A stretch of 64,000 nucleotides of DNA, taken from NCBI GenBank assembly GCA_040954595.2, contig CM082592.2, positions 3,860,735 to 3,924,734 of the forward strand, in the 5' to 3' direction. This DNA is from Balanoglossus misakiensis. Lineage: Eukaryota; Animalia; Hemichordata. The notes beneath the pieces were generated by a model. It was not told the DNA's origin, did not search any database, and saw nothing but the letters and a program-made list of their open reading frames with translations. Of the stretch, positions 1 to 13,186 are shown one piece after another. Position numbers and translations under genes: made by a program. The first letter of the stretch is position 1. Each line of letters begins with the position of its first letter.

Positions 1-1638
1 CCAAGTCCTGACGTGTTGTCGATCTCAGTTGTTGTGCTGGTCTGACCGAACGCGTGCCTTCAAAAGGACAAATTCTCCACTGAATAATTTATCATAAGTG
101 GGATGTAAAGGCTTTCATTGGATATATAGATAAAAACAGGTTATAATAATTTACAGATATATACAAATATTAAACCAATACAGGGCACCAGTGTGATATA
201 TGTGGCACACATGATGTCCACGTGTTCATTTCCCGCCTTGTAAAGCAGGGAAATACCCATCTATAAATAGACGTTGTGAAATCAAGATAAGAATTACGAC
301 TGTTATTTATGACAGTGACTGGCTAATACATAAACCATTGCCATTGTATGTTTTATTTTTCAAGTTGATAGCTTGTAGCTCCCAGCCATTGACACAATTA
401 ACGCAAATAGGCCTATATTGTACGTTTAAATAGTTACACAACTGATTGGTAAATGCAATTCTGTCCATAGCCCCCGAATCTCTATCCTACGGCAAAGTCT
501 CTACGAAACCTCCGCAAACCATGGATAATCTGCCGTTGCTGTTTTATAGACTACACGTAGGCCTATTAAAGTCTTACTTGTCATTTGCTTTCGACTTTGT
601 TTCAATTTGGTGAGTATACTATGTGGAGTGTGCAAGATAAAAATTTATGTTTAAAACCTTGCGAGAGATCTCCGGCCCCGTCACAAATTTGCACTCCTTT
701 CACCGTCGACGTCGACATGCGCAGTACATATGTCTAATAGAACGCTGATTCAAGATTTCTCTCATGCATCCGTGCACATATACATACACACTATCATTTG
801 CCTATAATACACATAGTTCTATAGTCCGTTTTAGGTATCGGTCGACGTCAGTGCACTTTGAGGGGAAAACCCTACAAAGCCTGAAAACCGAATATATTTT
901 TAATTATGTATAATCAATTCAATTGAATTCGATCGTTTTCGTAAAACTTAGTTTTTGCAATGAATAATGATTTGTAAAGATCGTCTCCTGTCTACGTTCG
1001 GTTCGGTTGTCATGTCCATCTCTACTCCAATCATTGCCATATATACTTGCTGAATTATCAAAACTCCGAACGACCTACACCACCACTGATCGTCACAGGC
1101 GGCAACATTTATCTAATATTTTTATTTATGGGAAATGTCTATAGGTCATGTAGCTCTCCTTTGGAACAGTTATCACATTAAGTGTTACATGGATTCGGAA
1201 TAGGTTTGTGTAGGATTAAATCAATCATATACTTCAGGGATTTTTGGAAACATGTATTACACCACTATTGTGTAGGCCTATACAATAAATAAGTCCCAGA
1301 GACTGGATAAAGGGTTTGGACGTACGTCGCGTCATTTCAAACGTTATAAATGGCAAAATTGATGTGCTCATATCACTTCAGGCTTCGGACGTTAATGTTC
1401 TCAACTGCAGACATTGGAGGAAACTGACGAATGTGATGGTGATGTAGAAAGACCGCAATATCCGACAAAGACGCCTTGTCAAGATTGAAATTTCCAGCAC
1501 GAATACCACAACAGGTGACCGTCAGCTAGGTTAGTAGTGCATCTAAAATGTTATCCACTTCTCAAGATTAGCAAGGTGATCCTTCTTCATCATTGCGGTG
1601 CGTACTGGGCTAGAACTAGTTCATCTGTCACGTGAAGG

Positions 1639-2866
1639 TCAGAGAACTGTACATTTGGCGCCTTTCAGTTCACGACACTGGCATCTCTCTGCTGGGGGTA
1701 CGTCTTTCAACACTTGCTCAATATGGCGTCCACAACCTACAAGAATATAAGCAAGACAAAATGCTGACAACCACAATAAAAAACCTGAGCTGATCAATGT
1801 ACACTGTCCTTCGAAGTGCAACAGATGATTCGACCCATTGCACAACAAAATGAATGTTTGAAATAAATACTCAACTAAATGTCACTTTTTATCATTAAAA
1901 CTTTTTATTTAAAAATCGGCTCTTTCAAGCAGTCAATGTGCACAGTGTGTCTTCAAAGTTTTTAGTGAGATAGTGACTGATGAAAAAGTGAAAACCCACA
2001 AGTTATATTATTTGGAGATATAGGCCAAGAGTGCTCGTTATTTAAGGCAGGACCGGCAATTACTGTTACAATAAATTGACATCATTTTACTTTAAAAGGC
2101 CTGGTATATGCCCTATAGAATTGTGACCTACGTGTGATACTCCAGTATTTTCCAACTCTTCGGAATTGGCTTAATCTGCCTCTGATTTCTTGAATATTGA
2201 TCCCATGTTTATCCCCTGCCACCCCTCCCCACTCGATATTTCATGACGTGCCTTATATAGGCCTCCCCAGTAAAGTGGCATTGAGCTGAGTGACGTCATG
2301 ACCCTAAGGCCTTACATATGTAGGCTTACATACGATTTTATAACGACATTGAGTAAAAAACAATGTAGCACAAGTAAACTCGAGTTCAGACGTTTGACAC
2401 AATGAATAGCATTAGATGCATGGTGTAGCGTGGTGTACACAATTTATTTATCACAAGATTGGATTTACCTGTGCACACTGCCGCGTCTACCTGGGTTCTC
2501 GCCAGGTTGACCTACATTCAGTGCACAACCGTGGCAACACTGGCGTCTGTTCCACACATTAATGCGACACAGTTGAATATGTTCGGAATGTTTGTTCGCA
2601 AAAAATCGTCTTGAAGAGGTGTCAACGCAAAATTTAGGCTAGAATATGAACATTTACGAATAGTTACACGATAACGCACGCCCGTCCTCAAGGGTAGGCT
2701 GAAGGTCGATCGCCTGGCCGTCCCATATAGAAGTCTGTGTTAGCTCCATGATATTAGCTACCGTCGGCAAACGTTTGCATGGCTCAAAATACTTGACATA
2801 AACACTGCATGACCTACCCCAATATGTTGGCTTCTTACACGTACTACAAGTAGTTCTATGACACAT
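1639..2866 (-). CDS. Two-exon Cys/His-rich microprotein, 48 aa, C-terminal CaaX (MCHRTTCSTCKKPTYWGCGRHIEQVLKDVPPAERCQCRELKGAKCTVL)
   Basis: Exon 1 2866-2818 (ATG to G|GTAGGT), exon 2 1736-1639 (TAG acceptor to TGA). The phase-1 intron joins them in frame (147 nt). The paralog at 6255-7026 has the same intron position. Confidence 0.88.
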
Positions 2867-3625
2867 GTTGCTTGTTCAACTGGTTCAATACAACTTCAAA
2901 CATGCAATGACCAGACTATACTGCTTTGTGAAGTCGCATATACAGTGTTGGTGGCGCTGTATAGTACGCTAACCGACCAGTAGTGAAAGAGGGGGGGGGG
3001 GGGGATATGTTGTAGATTTTAGAGTGCGGCAGAATTCAAACCCCCTAAATTCGAATAGATTTAAACTATTTTACAATTCATATTTTTGAGGTGCAAAATA
3101 CATCGCGTCTCGAAGAGGTCAAAGTTCACGACGTGCTGCAGATATTTTAAAGAGCAAATATTTGCGAGGTATCTCTAGGTTTTTTTTTCAAATTCAGATT
3201 AATACATCATAAATTTAGTTCAAGGCTTTCTACATTGGTAGGGATGGTCTGAAGGGTACTCCAAAATGCCTCTCTAATACCTGTGATAATTAGGGTCGAA
3301 GTGGTGTCAGCTTTGAATTCACGAATATTGAACTGCAGACTCACAACAGAAAAAAAAATCACAAAATGTGAAAAAAAAAGTTGAATGAGTTAAATAAATG
3401 CTAACTATGTTTAGTGCGCAAAATAACGATTTTTGTGTCTTTCAGCTACGGTTTCTTGATTGACTTGTGGTGCTTAATGCCGGTCGACACGAATTGAACG
3501 CCGGACGTCCACTGTATTCCAGTTGTGATAGACAGGGGAGGGGGTCACTGCCAGACATTGGTAGGGGGGGTAGGAAATCAGCCATACATACAAACCGGGA
3601 ACAAGCTGACCATGGTTCGTTCGAT

Positions 3626-5053
3626 TTAGTCAATGTGTTCCAATACAGAAATAATTTCCTGTCGGTAACATTCTGCTGTATCGGGCGTGGCGAAATCGGT
3701 ATCGTACCTGATGGTGACGTGTACCTTGCCTTCAAAGCCAGTCGCGAAAACGGCGAAAATTTCAAGTGACCCGGGAGTCCCGAAGTACGCTTTTTCGACG
3801 CTAACACGGCGCCCTTTATGGCGCTCAAGATGACTGACCCGTCCGACATTAGAGAAGAACAGCTCCTGCGCGTTACTGAAAGCTTCGACGCGTCTTTCAA
3901 TACGATTGGCCACGCTGTCAAGTGTTTGATCTAGAGAATGCTTCTCTGTACCTGTCAGGGGCGTCCTGTCCGCCAAGCGAGCATCGACGGCATCCTTGAT
4001 TTCTCTCGCCAGTTTCCAGAAACCCTCCCGCGCGAACGATTCCTGACCCACCGTTGCGTGGAAGCGAAATGCAGACGCGTAGCAACCCAAGTCTGTGGCG
4101 CCTTGCTCCTTGAAATATCGCCGAAGGCTTGCGGCTGTTATGATTGGAAGGCTGAATTCGGTGCCGATGGGTTGCCCGCCGTTAGCCAGCTTCAGAAAAG
4201 CCAGAGACAATGACGCTGTCAGAGTGGAGTTGAGATTTGCTCTATTCTGCACAGACAATCGCTTGATCTTTGACGTCAACACCTCTGAGATGTCAAAATT
4301 GAGAAATGTAGATTCGAAGACTGTGTCGGGATTATCTAACGCCACCGGACGAAACAACAATTTATCATGTGCTATTTCGCCCTTTTTGCTCGTGTCTGTG
4401 GCTAGATCGGTTGCTCTCTGCCTTGTTGTGTGCTCTGGTTTCAAAATGAGATCTTCAAGGCTTCGAGGGAGTGGTGTGTCCTCGAGCTTGTTGCCTGGCG
4501 ACGCCTTGTTTACAATCTGATTGATAATTTCTATCAGTTGATCGACATACTGGAAGGCGGCGATTGCATCCGCAGCGCCGTGGTGAATCGTGAAGATGAT
4601 GCAAGTTTTATACAAAACGTCGGAATTGTTGTCGTCCGGGCTGACCCACCTGCCCCGTAGTAGAGTGCAGCGCCACAGAGGACCTTCGCGGCTATTGGGG
4701 GCGCATCTACCTTCTCATGACATGGCGGCGTCCGCCTCGTCTGCCGTCTCATTCGCCACCCTCAGGTCGACAGTTCCGCCGCTCGGCATCTCGGCGAAGT
4801 ATCCGTCAGTCCCGTCGTCGTCGTCGCGCGAAACACGGATCCTCGATCTCAGCACCACATGCTGCTTTCTTAAACCATCCATTGCTTGGCGCAGAATATG
4901 CTCCGTGATCTCAACCGTGCATTTGAGGTGTACCGCCACACAGACGAACCAGAAACCCCGTTCATTTGCTTTATCATAGTAACATTCTATGTCACCCAGC
5001 TTCCGACAATTTCTCGACGCACGCTCATCATTCCCACGTGGAAACGAGAACAT
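3626..5053 (-). pseudogene. Intronless condensation-domain (CoA-dependent acyltransferase fold) gene interrupted by one in-frame TGA
   Basis: ORFs 4715-5161 and 3626-4615 are in the same frame, separated only by TGA at 4717-4715. Read-through gives AAMS*EGRCAPNSREGPLWRCTLL...FTIHHGAADA, collinear with the 487-aa paralog at 36576-38039 (AAMSRSLTDAINRLQGPLWNC...FHHSIADG). Likely ATG at 5053. Confidence 0.8.
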
Positions 5054-5600
5054 GTTTGCCTTTCTGGTAAATCCCGCTACTTTGGGACAATAGATACTAC
5101 TGCTGATATACTTCGTTGCTTCACTGTCCCTCAAATTGTTGCCCCGACGACGACAGTACAAGAGGTTTGATAAATCGTTAGACTGACTAACCTATAGTTA
5201 AAAAAAGATAAAAAAATGATAAAAGTTGAAGACATACATGTATGATACACGTTTACCAAGATTTCTACCGCAACTCTGACATTTAGATACAGATCTGAAT
5301 GCCAAATGTCACTAAACGCGCTGTTCCAAATCATCTTTTTAATCTTCCGTTTTGAAAACCCCCCCCACAAAACTTTAGAGAATTAATATCGCAGAAAAAT
5401 TATGGTGGAATCAGTGGTTGAAATGAATAGTAAACAACATTACAAATACTGACACGGTACAAACATAGACTCCAGAGGTACTAGAATATTTTCATTGTAA
5501 AAATGTTTGGCTCTAGCGATCGAAAAGCAAGGAAATGGCCCCATATTGTCAGAAATTTAATCAGGTAACCCTATGTCAGAAGTTGTTTGAAGGATCCTGT

Positions 5601-6039
5601 TAAACACGAAACAAACTTTGGCTAATAACATTGCCATACCACGTCTATGCAGGTCAGTATTTGTATCGTATTGTAACGTCACAAAAAGTTTGCCACCGCA
5701 GCCCGCGATCATTATGGAGCGTGGTGACGTGAGGCTATTTTCTTTGTATCATTTATTAAAAGCTTTAACAAAGACAATGACAATATTACAGGTGTGTTTT
5801 CTCACAAGTCTGTCATATAAGCCTATGGTATATGATAACCATGCACTCTATCTGAGTAGTCCCCCACCAACTTAATTCATTGTTCATCCTACATCAGTTG
5901 CAACTGAACGACAATCGACGAGATTCAAATGGTTTTTCTTATTCAAATGTTTAGTACGCAAAATAACGATTTCTGTGTCTTTCAGCATCGGTTTCTTGAT
6001 CGACTTGTGTTGCTTTCAGCTTGTCGAAACAAACTGAAC
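5601..6039. pseudogene. Deleted relic of condensation-domain gene copies (mosaic of fragments)
   Basis: 5601-5625 matches 36520-36544; 5624-5705 is near-identical to 36622-36703 (coding 3' end of the intact paralog); 5847-5873 matches 38403-38429; 5947-6039 resembles 3407-3499. Confidence 0.75.
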
Positions 6040-6254
6040 ATGTGTAAAAGCGGATGTCATCGAGATGTCATGCACGCCCTCTACGGGTGTTAGAGCTCGA
6101 AGGGTCAAAGGTCACACAATTCACCGCCATCGTCAGCTTCCTGATTCGGATCTCGAGCACTTTGTGCATGTACATGTAGTTTTAGTTTAAGCACTCATCC
6201 ATTGCCGACAGCCGACGTCAACGACACTGAATTGAAGGCATTTTGGTCGTAAAA

Positions 6255-7026
6255 ATGTGTTTCCGAGTTACGTGCGAAAAATGTGGAAAACAAACTTGGT
6301 ATGGTAAGTACACTGTGACGCGCGTTTGTTTACTGAAATTCAAAAATCAATGTCCGTAATGGTGCTGACATAAAGAGGAAGACATAGACATTGATCATAC
6401 ACGCGCATATTTGGAGGCGAGTCGACTTTCGTTCTACCCTTCAAACTACTCACTTCAATGTGGCAACGCTTCGTGCTGTCTCTCAGCTGACAATCAATCA
6501 CAGCATCGCTATTACGATTAAGTTTACTTTTAAGGCAAGGATAGTTCGCTGTGTATTAGAACAAGAAGATTAGTACATGTACATACATATGTATATTGAA
6601 TCTTACAGCCATCAGACCATGCTATGAGACATTGAACAGTTTCGTGGTTGTAATCACGATAAATCTGGAGATACCAAACAATGTTTAAGTTATGAATCAT
6701 GCTAGAGATCCAGAATTTAGTTAAAGGTACCACCGTAGAAGAGTGACTACTCAGTCTCATAACAAGCTTGCATGTATACTAGTACACGTATTCAGGTTGC
6801 ATTGAAAGACAGCGTAGAGTTTTGTGACAATTTTTGCAAATTATATGAAATCAAACTATGTCCACTTCATGTCTTGTCCTTGAAGTGTACTGTACTGACA
6901 TTTTTGTTCTACCAATTTCACCATTCCCTTTTTTTTTCAGGATGTGGACGCCATGTTGAGCAAGTCATGAAGGATGTGCCCCCAGCAGAGAGATGCAGGT
7001 GTCCCAAAGAAGGCAAAACCGTTTGA
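6255..7026 (+). CDS. Two-exon Cys/His-rich microprotein, 44 aa (MCFRVTCEKCGKQTWYGCGRHVEQVMKDVPPAERCRCPKEGKTV)
   Basis: Exon 1 6255-6303 (ATG to G|GTAAGT), exon 2 6941-7026 after a polypyrimidine tract and CAG; 135 nt in frame. Paralog of 1639-2866. Confidence 0.9.
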
Positions 7027-7469
7027 CACGCAGCCATCTCAAGATCATGATGATTCACCAATCTTTGGGATAAACGGAACTCACAATTTTCATCATTGTA
7101 CATACATACATACATGTACATGTATGTATATTGACGCTGCTGCACCATTAATTTATGCACAAATTGTCTTTGCAATTAATTTATCAGCACTTAAAACATT
7201 TTACAGCTAAATTTCAAGAGGATTGTATACCACTCACTGCAGATTTGACCCACATGGATTTTATGTGTACAATTTACAGTTAAAGCTTTGTTTTTCTGTC
7301 CAGTATTGTGCAATCACTTTTAACTAGTTGACTGCAAGTATTTCAGGGATGGAGATTTCTGTTGCAGATATGTTCTGAATCAATGGCAATGGTACAGTAT
7401 TGTTAGCGATTTTGTTGGCACAGAAGTAACGAACTGTCCTGAATTTCGTTTTGCTTGGAAGTATAAACA

Positions 7470-7800
7470 GGCCGATAGAGACATCATAGTCCAGTATAGG
7501 AGGATCGTAGGTTTGAGCCCTGGCATGACTGTGGTGTTGTGTCCTTTTGGCAAGGCACTTCTCATTGCTTCTCCCAACCGGAGGAGTTATGGTGACCTGG
7601 TTGCACAGAGATTGTAATGTGTATGTTAAGCTCTGCTGCGCTGATATTACGGCTGCACATGTGAGCTGTTGTTTGCTCCCCAGGGAGTTGAATGGAAAAA
7701 CTGGGTCCAATGACCAGGGGAATTATTGTAAAGTGCATTGAGATGTATTACATGTCATGTGCTATATAAGAAATCTATATAAGACATTTTTATTATTGTT
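7470..7800 (+). mobile_element. Degenerate tRNA-derived SINE with CORE-like middle and LINE-like 3' tail
   Basis: B-box-like GGTTTGAGCCC (~7510), then GTTGTGTCCTTTTGGCAAGGCACTT (CORE-SINE-like) and a tail AAAGTGCATTGAG...GCTATATAAG...TATTATT. Boundaries approximate. Confidence 0.55.
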
Positions 7801-8531
7801 AGATACAGTCTCAACAGCTGGATATATCTGGTCGAGGTTTACTTCTAGCTTTGTCTAAGATTATTTATTCAGAATAATTGTATCCACCATTTTGTACAAG
7901 ATTGCTGTACCTTACTACACATTACATCCGTCCGAAATGATCACTATGAAGTATACAGTGTATTCTTTCTTGTTTTGCATATTTGGTGAGACTTTCTTCT
8001 TAAAAGACCAACCTATGTACCATGAATTCCGACCAATAAATATTCAAAATGAAAAGTCATATAAACATGTACTTTCATGTTGAAATGCCAAAATAGTTCT
8101 TCGTAATGCATTTTCCTGGGGACTTGTGTGAAAATGTTCGAATTTGGTAAGCTATGAATATTATTGATGGGGTTTCTGCTGCATGTAGGAACATATTTCA
8201 ACGCACCTTTTTAGAATGTTGCTTGTAAATAAAATATGTTTCCAACAAGGCTTTCAAAAACATAAAACCTATTTGAATAAAAAAATTGCTCCACAGTCAC
8301 CGTTTGGAGAGAAAAAAATCCTGCCACGGTTTGTGAAAAAAAAATTGTTGCCATACCCAATTCCTCCAGCCCCCCCCCCCCCCGATATCAAATGGTCCAC
8401 CCCTTATGTTATAAAAAACTGCTAGAAAATTAAATTTTCACTTAATGGTCAAAGATTCTGAGATTTGAAGATTTGTGTACATCTGTTCCCTGCGACGTTG
8501 ATAGTTGATAGTCTTCATCGATAGTCGCCGA

Positions 8532-9174
8532 TTAAAACCACACCAGCAACACTGCCATCATGCCAACCATTGTTGTTAATGCAGAACACATCTGTCGGTT
8601 TGTACCATTGCCACCTGTTTAAGGAAGGATGACAATAACAAAAAGTCAGTTTATGAATATATATGTACAGTAAAAGTACATACTTTTAAAGCGTTGGGGA
8701 TTTGGAGCATGTTCGAATCATATAAACGCAACTGGTCCGTCCATCAATTTGTTTGCCAAACATGCGCAGTAAAAAGCAGAATCGGACGCAGACTTTTTCA
8801 TTATTGTACAGACTATAACGACTGCAATACAGATGTTAGATGTAGGCCTATACAACAATCACACAAAACAAAACATTGGCGAATCACCACATTGTCTACA
8901 AACCTGTTGTAGTAGCTGGAGCTTCTGTAGGAGGAGCTTCGCAAACTTCTCCTTCACAACAACAAGGGCAGCTGTAGGTTGTTGGACAGACTATGTTGTC
9001 TGAACAAGCACATTGGGGTATTTCTGCATTATGGAAGAAATACAAATAGATTTGGTCATTCTTTTACATCTTTCCATTCTTTCTTTCTTTCATTCATTCG
9101 TGTTTTTCTTTCTTTCTTTCTTTCGTTCCGTCTTTCTTTCTTTCTTTCTGTCTTTCTTTCTTTCTTTCTTTCCT

Positions 9175-9213
<39 letters not shown>

Positions 9214-11135
9214 ACTTACCCACTCACTCACCTGTGAGTCACTCACTCACATGTGTGTCATTTTACTGATACTAATAATTTTCAGGCGGCGAAGAGAGAC
9301 TTTTCCTCTTTCTGTACTGTTACAAAGCATGCAATGTTGCATTGACGTAGACAAAAAAATAAAATCATCTTTGAAGATTACCAGTTTCACATTTATTTCC
9401 GGTGTAGCCAGATGGGCAGGTGCAGATTTTGTCGCCCACAGCAGGATCGTTTTCACACGTACCACCATTCAAACAGTCGTTACCTTCACTGCAACGCAGA
9501 TCTGCAAGACAACCATGCAACCACATATGATGTTTTACCACTGACAACATGCACAGTAAACATCTGTATACTTTTGGCTGTTATTTCAGTATCTTTATTC
9601 TGTGTATAAATAATGCTCCTTTTCGGCTCCCAGAGGCATGGTAATAAGCTTTTGCGTAGCGTTAAACCTCTCTATATAGCTCATGTCGACATTATATTGT
9701 TTGAAATGTGTGCGTCCGGACTTGAATGTATTTGTCAACAATAACATGCTGTGTATATTTCTTGCAATGTTCTAAAATACTGCATTTCATTTTAATACTT
9801 CATTTCAAGTATCACGTAATTAGGACTAATCTGTATTAAATTTTCGTAAAACATTTGAAAGATTTAAAATAACACGACAGACTCACCCGTTTCGCACAAA
9901 ACCCCTGTGTATGGGTAATCACAAACACATCGCCATTGACTTTGGTATTCAACACAGTTGCCTCCATTTTCACAAGGGCGACTGTCATCGTTGCATTCGG
10001 TATCTGATGGCGTATCACGAAGTAAAAATGCACAAATGAATTGCAAACTAAAAATGGTGGATAATTCCCACTTATTGTGCTGATTTTGTGCAGTGAGATG
10101 ATTGCGAACCAATCCGGCTGCGAGTTCGGATTGATGTATACGTTCACTTTTATTCATTTCACCGAAGAATGCGCATAAGTGTGTTTAAGCCGCGGGTCGC
10201 AGACAACGGAAAAAAAAACTAGTCCTTGATAATACACACAAGTCCACAATTGCTTCTTTCAGGGGGCAAACCCTCTCGACTGAATAGGCGTTCTGTCAGA
10301 AAATAGGTCAGAGCATTTCGGGCCAACCTATAAGCAATCGATTGTTAATTTAAACGTCACTTTTTCACGCGCCTCTTTTTTCGTTTCTTTCCCGCCTTGA
10401 CGACAACCACACTCAGTGTCCGAACCCACCTGTTTCACAGTAGTATCCAGTGTAAGGATAGGAACAAGAACAGTATTCTTCAACTCCGCCGATTCCCGCC
10501 ATGCACTGACCTCCATTCAGACAACCGTGGCCACTGGTAGAGTTGGCACCACACGACACTGTACAGGGAACGGCCAAAAGCATGAAACGACGCTTCGCCA
10601 GTATATATAGCGACTTTTCGAGATGGCGAGACGATGTCAAAAGGATCTGAGCCTCGATCGGTTATTGAAACGATAACGAAAATTTCGATTGTGTGTTAAC
10701 TTGAGTTTTGTGCTGTGGGTAGGTTGTTCGACCTGAGCTGTCAGATGTGATGAACGTTGTCATGACACTTTGGGAGTAACCGTGCAAAAATCAAACCATC
10801 TCAATAATTATAGGTAAACTTCAGATCGACAGATGCGTGTACTCAAGACATATATCGTGTGCACGATATCTAAATATATCCCTATATATAAAATGTATTT
10901 CTCAGTGCGTTCCCGATATTCATTTATATCATGTTACATTTAGGCTAATTAGATATAAGTTGTAACAGTTATGCGTATATCCTTTCATCCTCCTGTTATT
11001 GTCATCGTCAACAGTTCAAACATTTCGTCGTCTCTGTCGGTTTTACAGGTTAATGGTATACAAAGCCAGTTACAAACCTTGTGCGTGTACAGCCGTAACA
11101 GCAAGCAATAAAACCGTCAGGTGAATCGCTTCCAT
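8532..11135 (-). CDS. Cell-surface EGF-repeat protein B, 200 aa: signal peptide, 3 EGF domains, Cys-rich module and P/T stalk, GPI-type hydrophobic C-terminus
   Basis: Exons 11135-11078 (MEAIHLTVLLLAVTAVHAQ), 10558-10430, 10003-9887, 9501-9382 (each a 6-Cys EGF such as CLNGGTC...CTCPSGYTGNKCE), 8999-8904 (CPTTYSCPCCCEGEVCEAPPTEAPATTT), 8614-8532 (GNGTNRQMCSALTTMVGMMAVLLVWF*). All introns GT-AG and phase 1; total 603 nt. Confidence 0.85.
9075..9212. repeat. (TTTC)n microsatellite (intronic)
   Basis: Direct tetranucleotide run. Confidence 0.95.
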
Positions 11136-12076
11136 AATGAAAGTGATATTTTGGGATCAAATTTAACTTGAAGTAACTCGTTCAACGCGCTTCCCCCACT
11201 GACTGAGACCGTGGCGACAATGAGTGTTAGAATTTGAAAGCGCAAGACTTAGTGGGTGCTTGGTTTGTGCGTTTCATTAAAATCAACGTGCAGACACAAA
11301 GGATGTTTTCTGCTTTGGTTATTGTGTAGAGGTTGCCATGACTACTGTGGGTGGAGGGACCGAGCCACAACAAACATGTTGCTCCTTGGCCTTACATTCA
11401 ATAACAAACCGCTTTCTTGTCCTTGCTCTATATTTGCACAGTCTGAGCATTGCTGGTCACTCACGGATTTAGCTAAACATGAATAGTTCAACAAAACAAT
11501 GAAAGAGACTGTTTTGGTGTTGGCCTATTTACCGCGTGTTCTCACCCATTTTTGTATATAAAAAGTTCATAGCATTTATGGAAGTAGGACGCCATATCAA
11601 TATCTTTTGATACTAAAGAAACCTAATGGATACGGCATCTTGTACGCTGGTGTCATTCGTTTCAGACATCAAGTGTTTTGTGGATTAGCGCTATTTGCAT
11701 TGTACTACTAGACTTAATACTTAGTCGTACTTATTACAGGCCTGTCGATTTCTGTTGAAGCGATGAACACACAAGTGACCAATTGCAATAAGTTGAAATC
11801 TGTTTAATGATTTTATTATGAAACGCAAGGGAAAGAGAAACAAAAAGAATGTCCCATCATATACATGTACATGTAAATAATTCTTGTCAGTACAATTCTG
11901 GCAAGGTAATACTGAGAAACAGTGTCACAGAATACTCTCCGGATTTAGGAACTGGGGTGTGTCTATAGTGGGCGTACTTTCTCCCATTGACACCAACCCC
12001 AACTGCCGCAGATATGAGCAACGCCCCAAACGGCAGGTAAAGGAAAGCCTTCGTTCGTGAATCTGATTGGCGGAAA

Positions 12077-12240
12077 CCTTTTTCACAAGTCTAGCACTCC
12101 CATGCAGCCATCATGAATTTGAACTTAAAGCGAGGCCAATTGGGAAATCCCCTTGATGTGATTGGTCAACTTTTCCCATTGGCCTCGCTTTGAGTTCAAA
12201 TTCACTATGGTTGCAAGAGGGCGCTTGACTTATGAAAAGG
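12077..12240. mobile_element. Fold-back / MITE-like inverted repeat with ~70-bp imperfect arms
   Basis: Left arm CCTTTTTCACAAGTC...TGAATTTGAACTTAAAGCGAGGCCAATTGGGAAA pairs with right arm TTTTCCCATTGGCCTCGCTTTGAGTTCAAATTCA...GACTTATGAAAAGG. Confidence 0.7.
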
Positions 12241-13186
12241 GGTACTGGTATATAACATGAAGCTTAATTTTGTATTGACTGAAAACAATATCCGATTAAT
12301 ATGCAATACATGTACATAAACATTAGCCAGTGATATAAACGCGAGACTGTTGAATTCCGGACATAATATCTAGTAGAGAAAATCAAAGCAGTAGCAAATG
12401 CTTAAATTACAGTATACATTTCCATACGGAGAGACTGCAAAAAACAAGTCTGGACCAAATTGAAAACATTGCAAAGTCTTCTACAGTGATATTATTACTA
12501 TTACCGGAACCTGAAATTATTAACAAGAAATTACATTTTGTGTATGTCTGGAAGCACTTTCAAATATAGAAAAATGACCATTGGCAATTTCAAAGCTCTA
12601 ACAATATTCATTATATAAAGATTAATCAGTATTGCAATAAAGTAAACTCATTCTTCCTATACGTTCCGCGCACAAAAGATACAACGTCTGTCTTGTAGGG
12701 CTTCACCTCTGATGAATCTCCTTAATATTACAAATCTAAACGGAGCTAAGAATGACCGTAAAATTCGATCTTACAAGTCAAATACCACTCTCTTTTTAAA
12801 ATGTCTTCTTTTGTGTTTTCTCATAAATAATCTTCACAATCTTTAATCATCTAAAAGTAATGAACTGGGAAATGGTATAATATTTCGCAGTGACCTCGAG
12901 GATATTTTCATTCGCTGAAAAGCGACGGGAGTCTTGTCATTGACATTGGTTTGGTCATAGACTCTCTCACAGCCCATAGTTCGCTACAAGGCTCTTCACC
13001 GACGCGCCCCCAACCGTTTAGCAAAGGAGAAGCCCCATATGGTGTCACTGTTGTGTATGCAATCAGACTCTAAGCCTGCATGGACGGCGAGAGGGGCTGT
13101 GAGAGAGTCTAGTTTGATCACTACAATCGTGTATAATAGTTTAAAGCGACACCGTCTATACCAGATTGTATACCACGTAATGGTCA

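Noticed and set aside
1411-1490. Possible + strand terminal exon TLEETDECDGDVERPQYPTKTPCQD*
   Set aside because: An acceptor is present but there is no recognisable motif or linkable upstream exon
6878-6898. LKCTVL in the intron of the right microprotein gene, echoing the CTVL end of the left paralog
   Set aside because: Intronic, upstream of exon 2, not followed by a stop, and with different codons; likely coincidence
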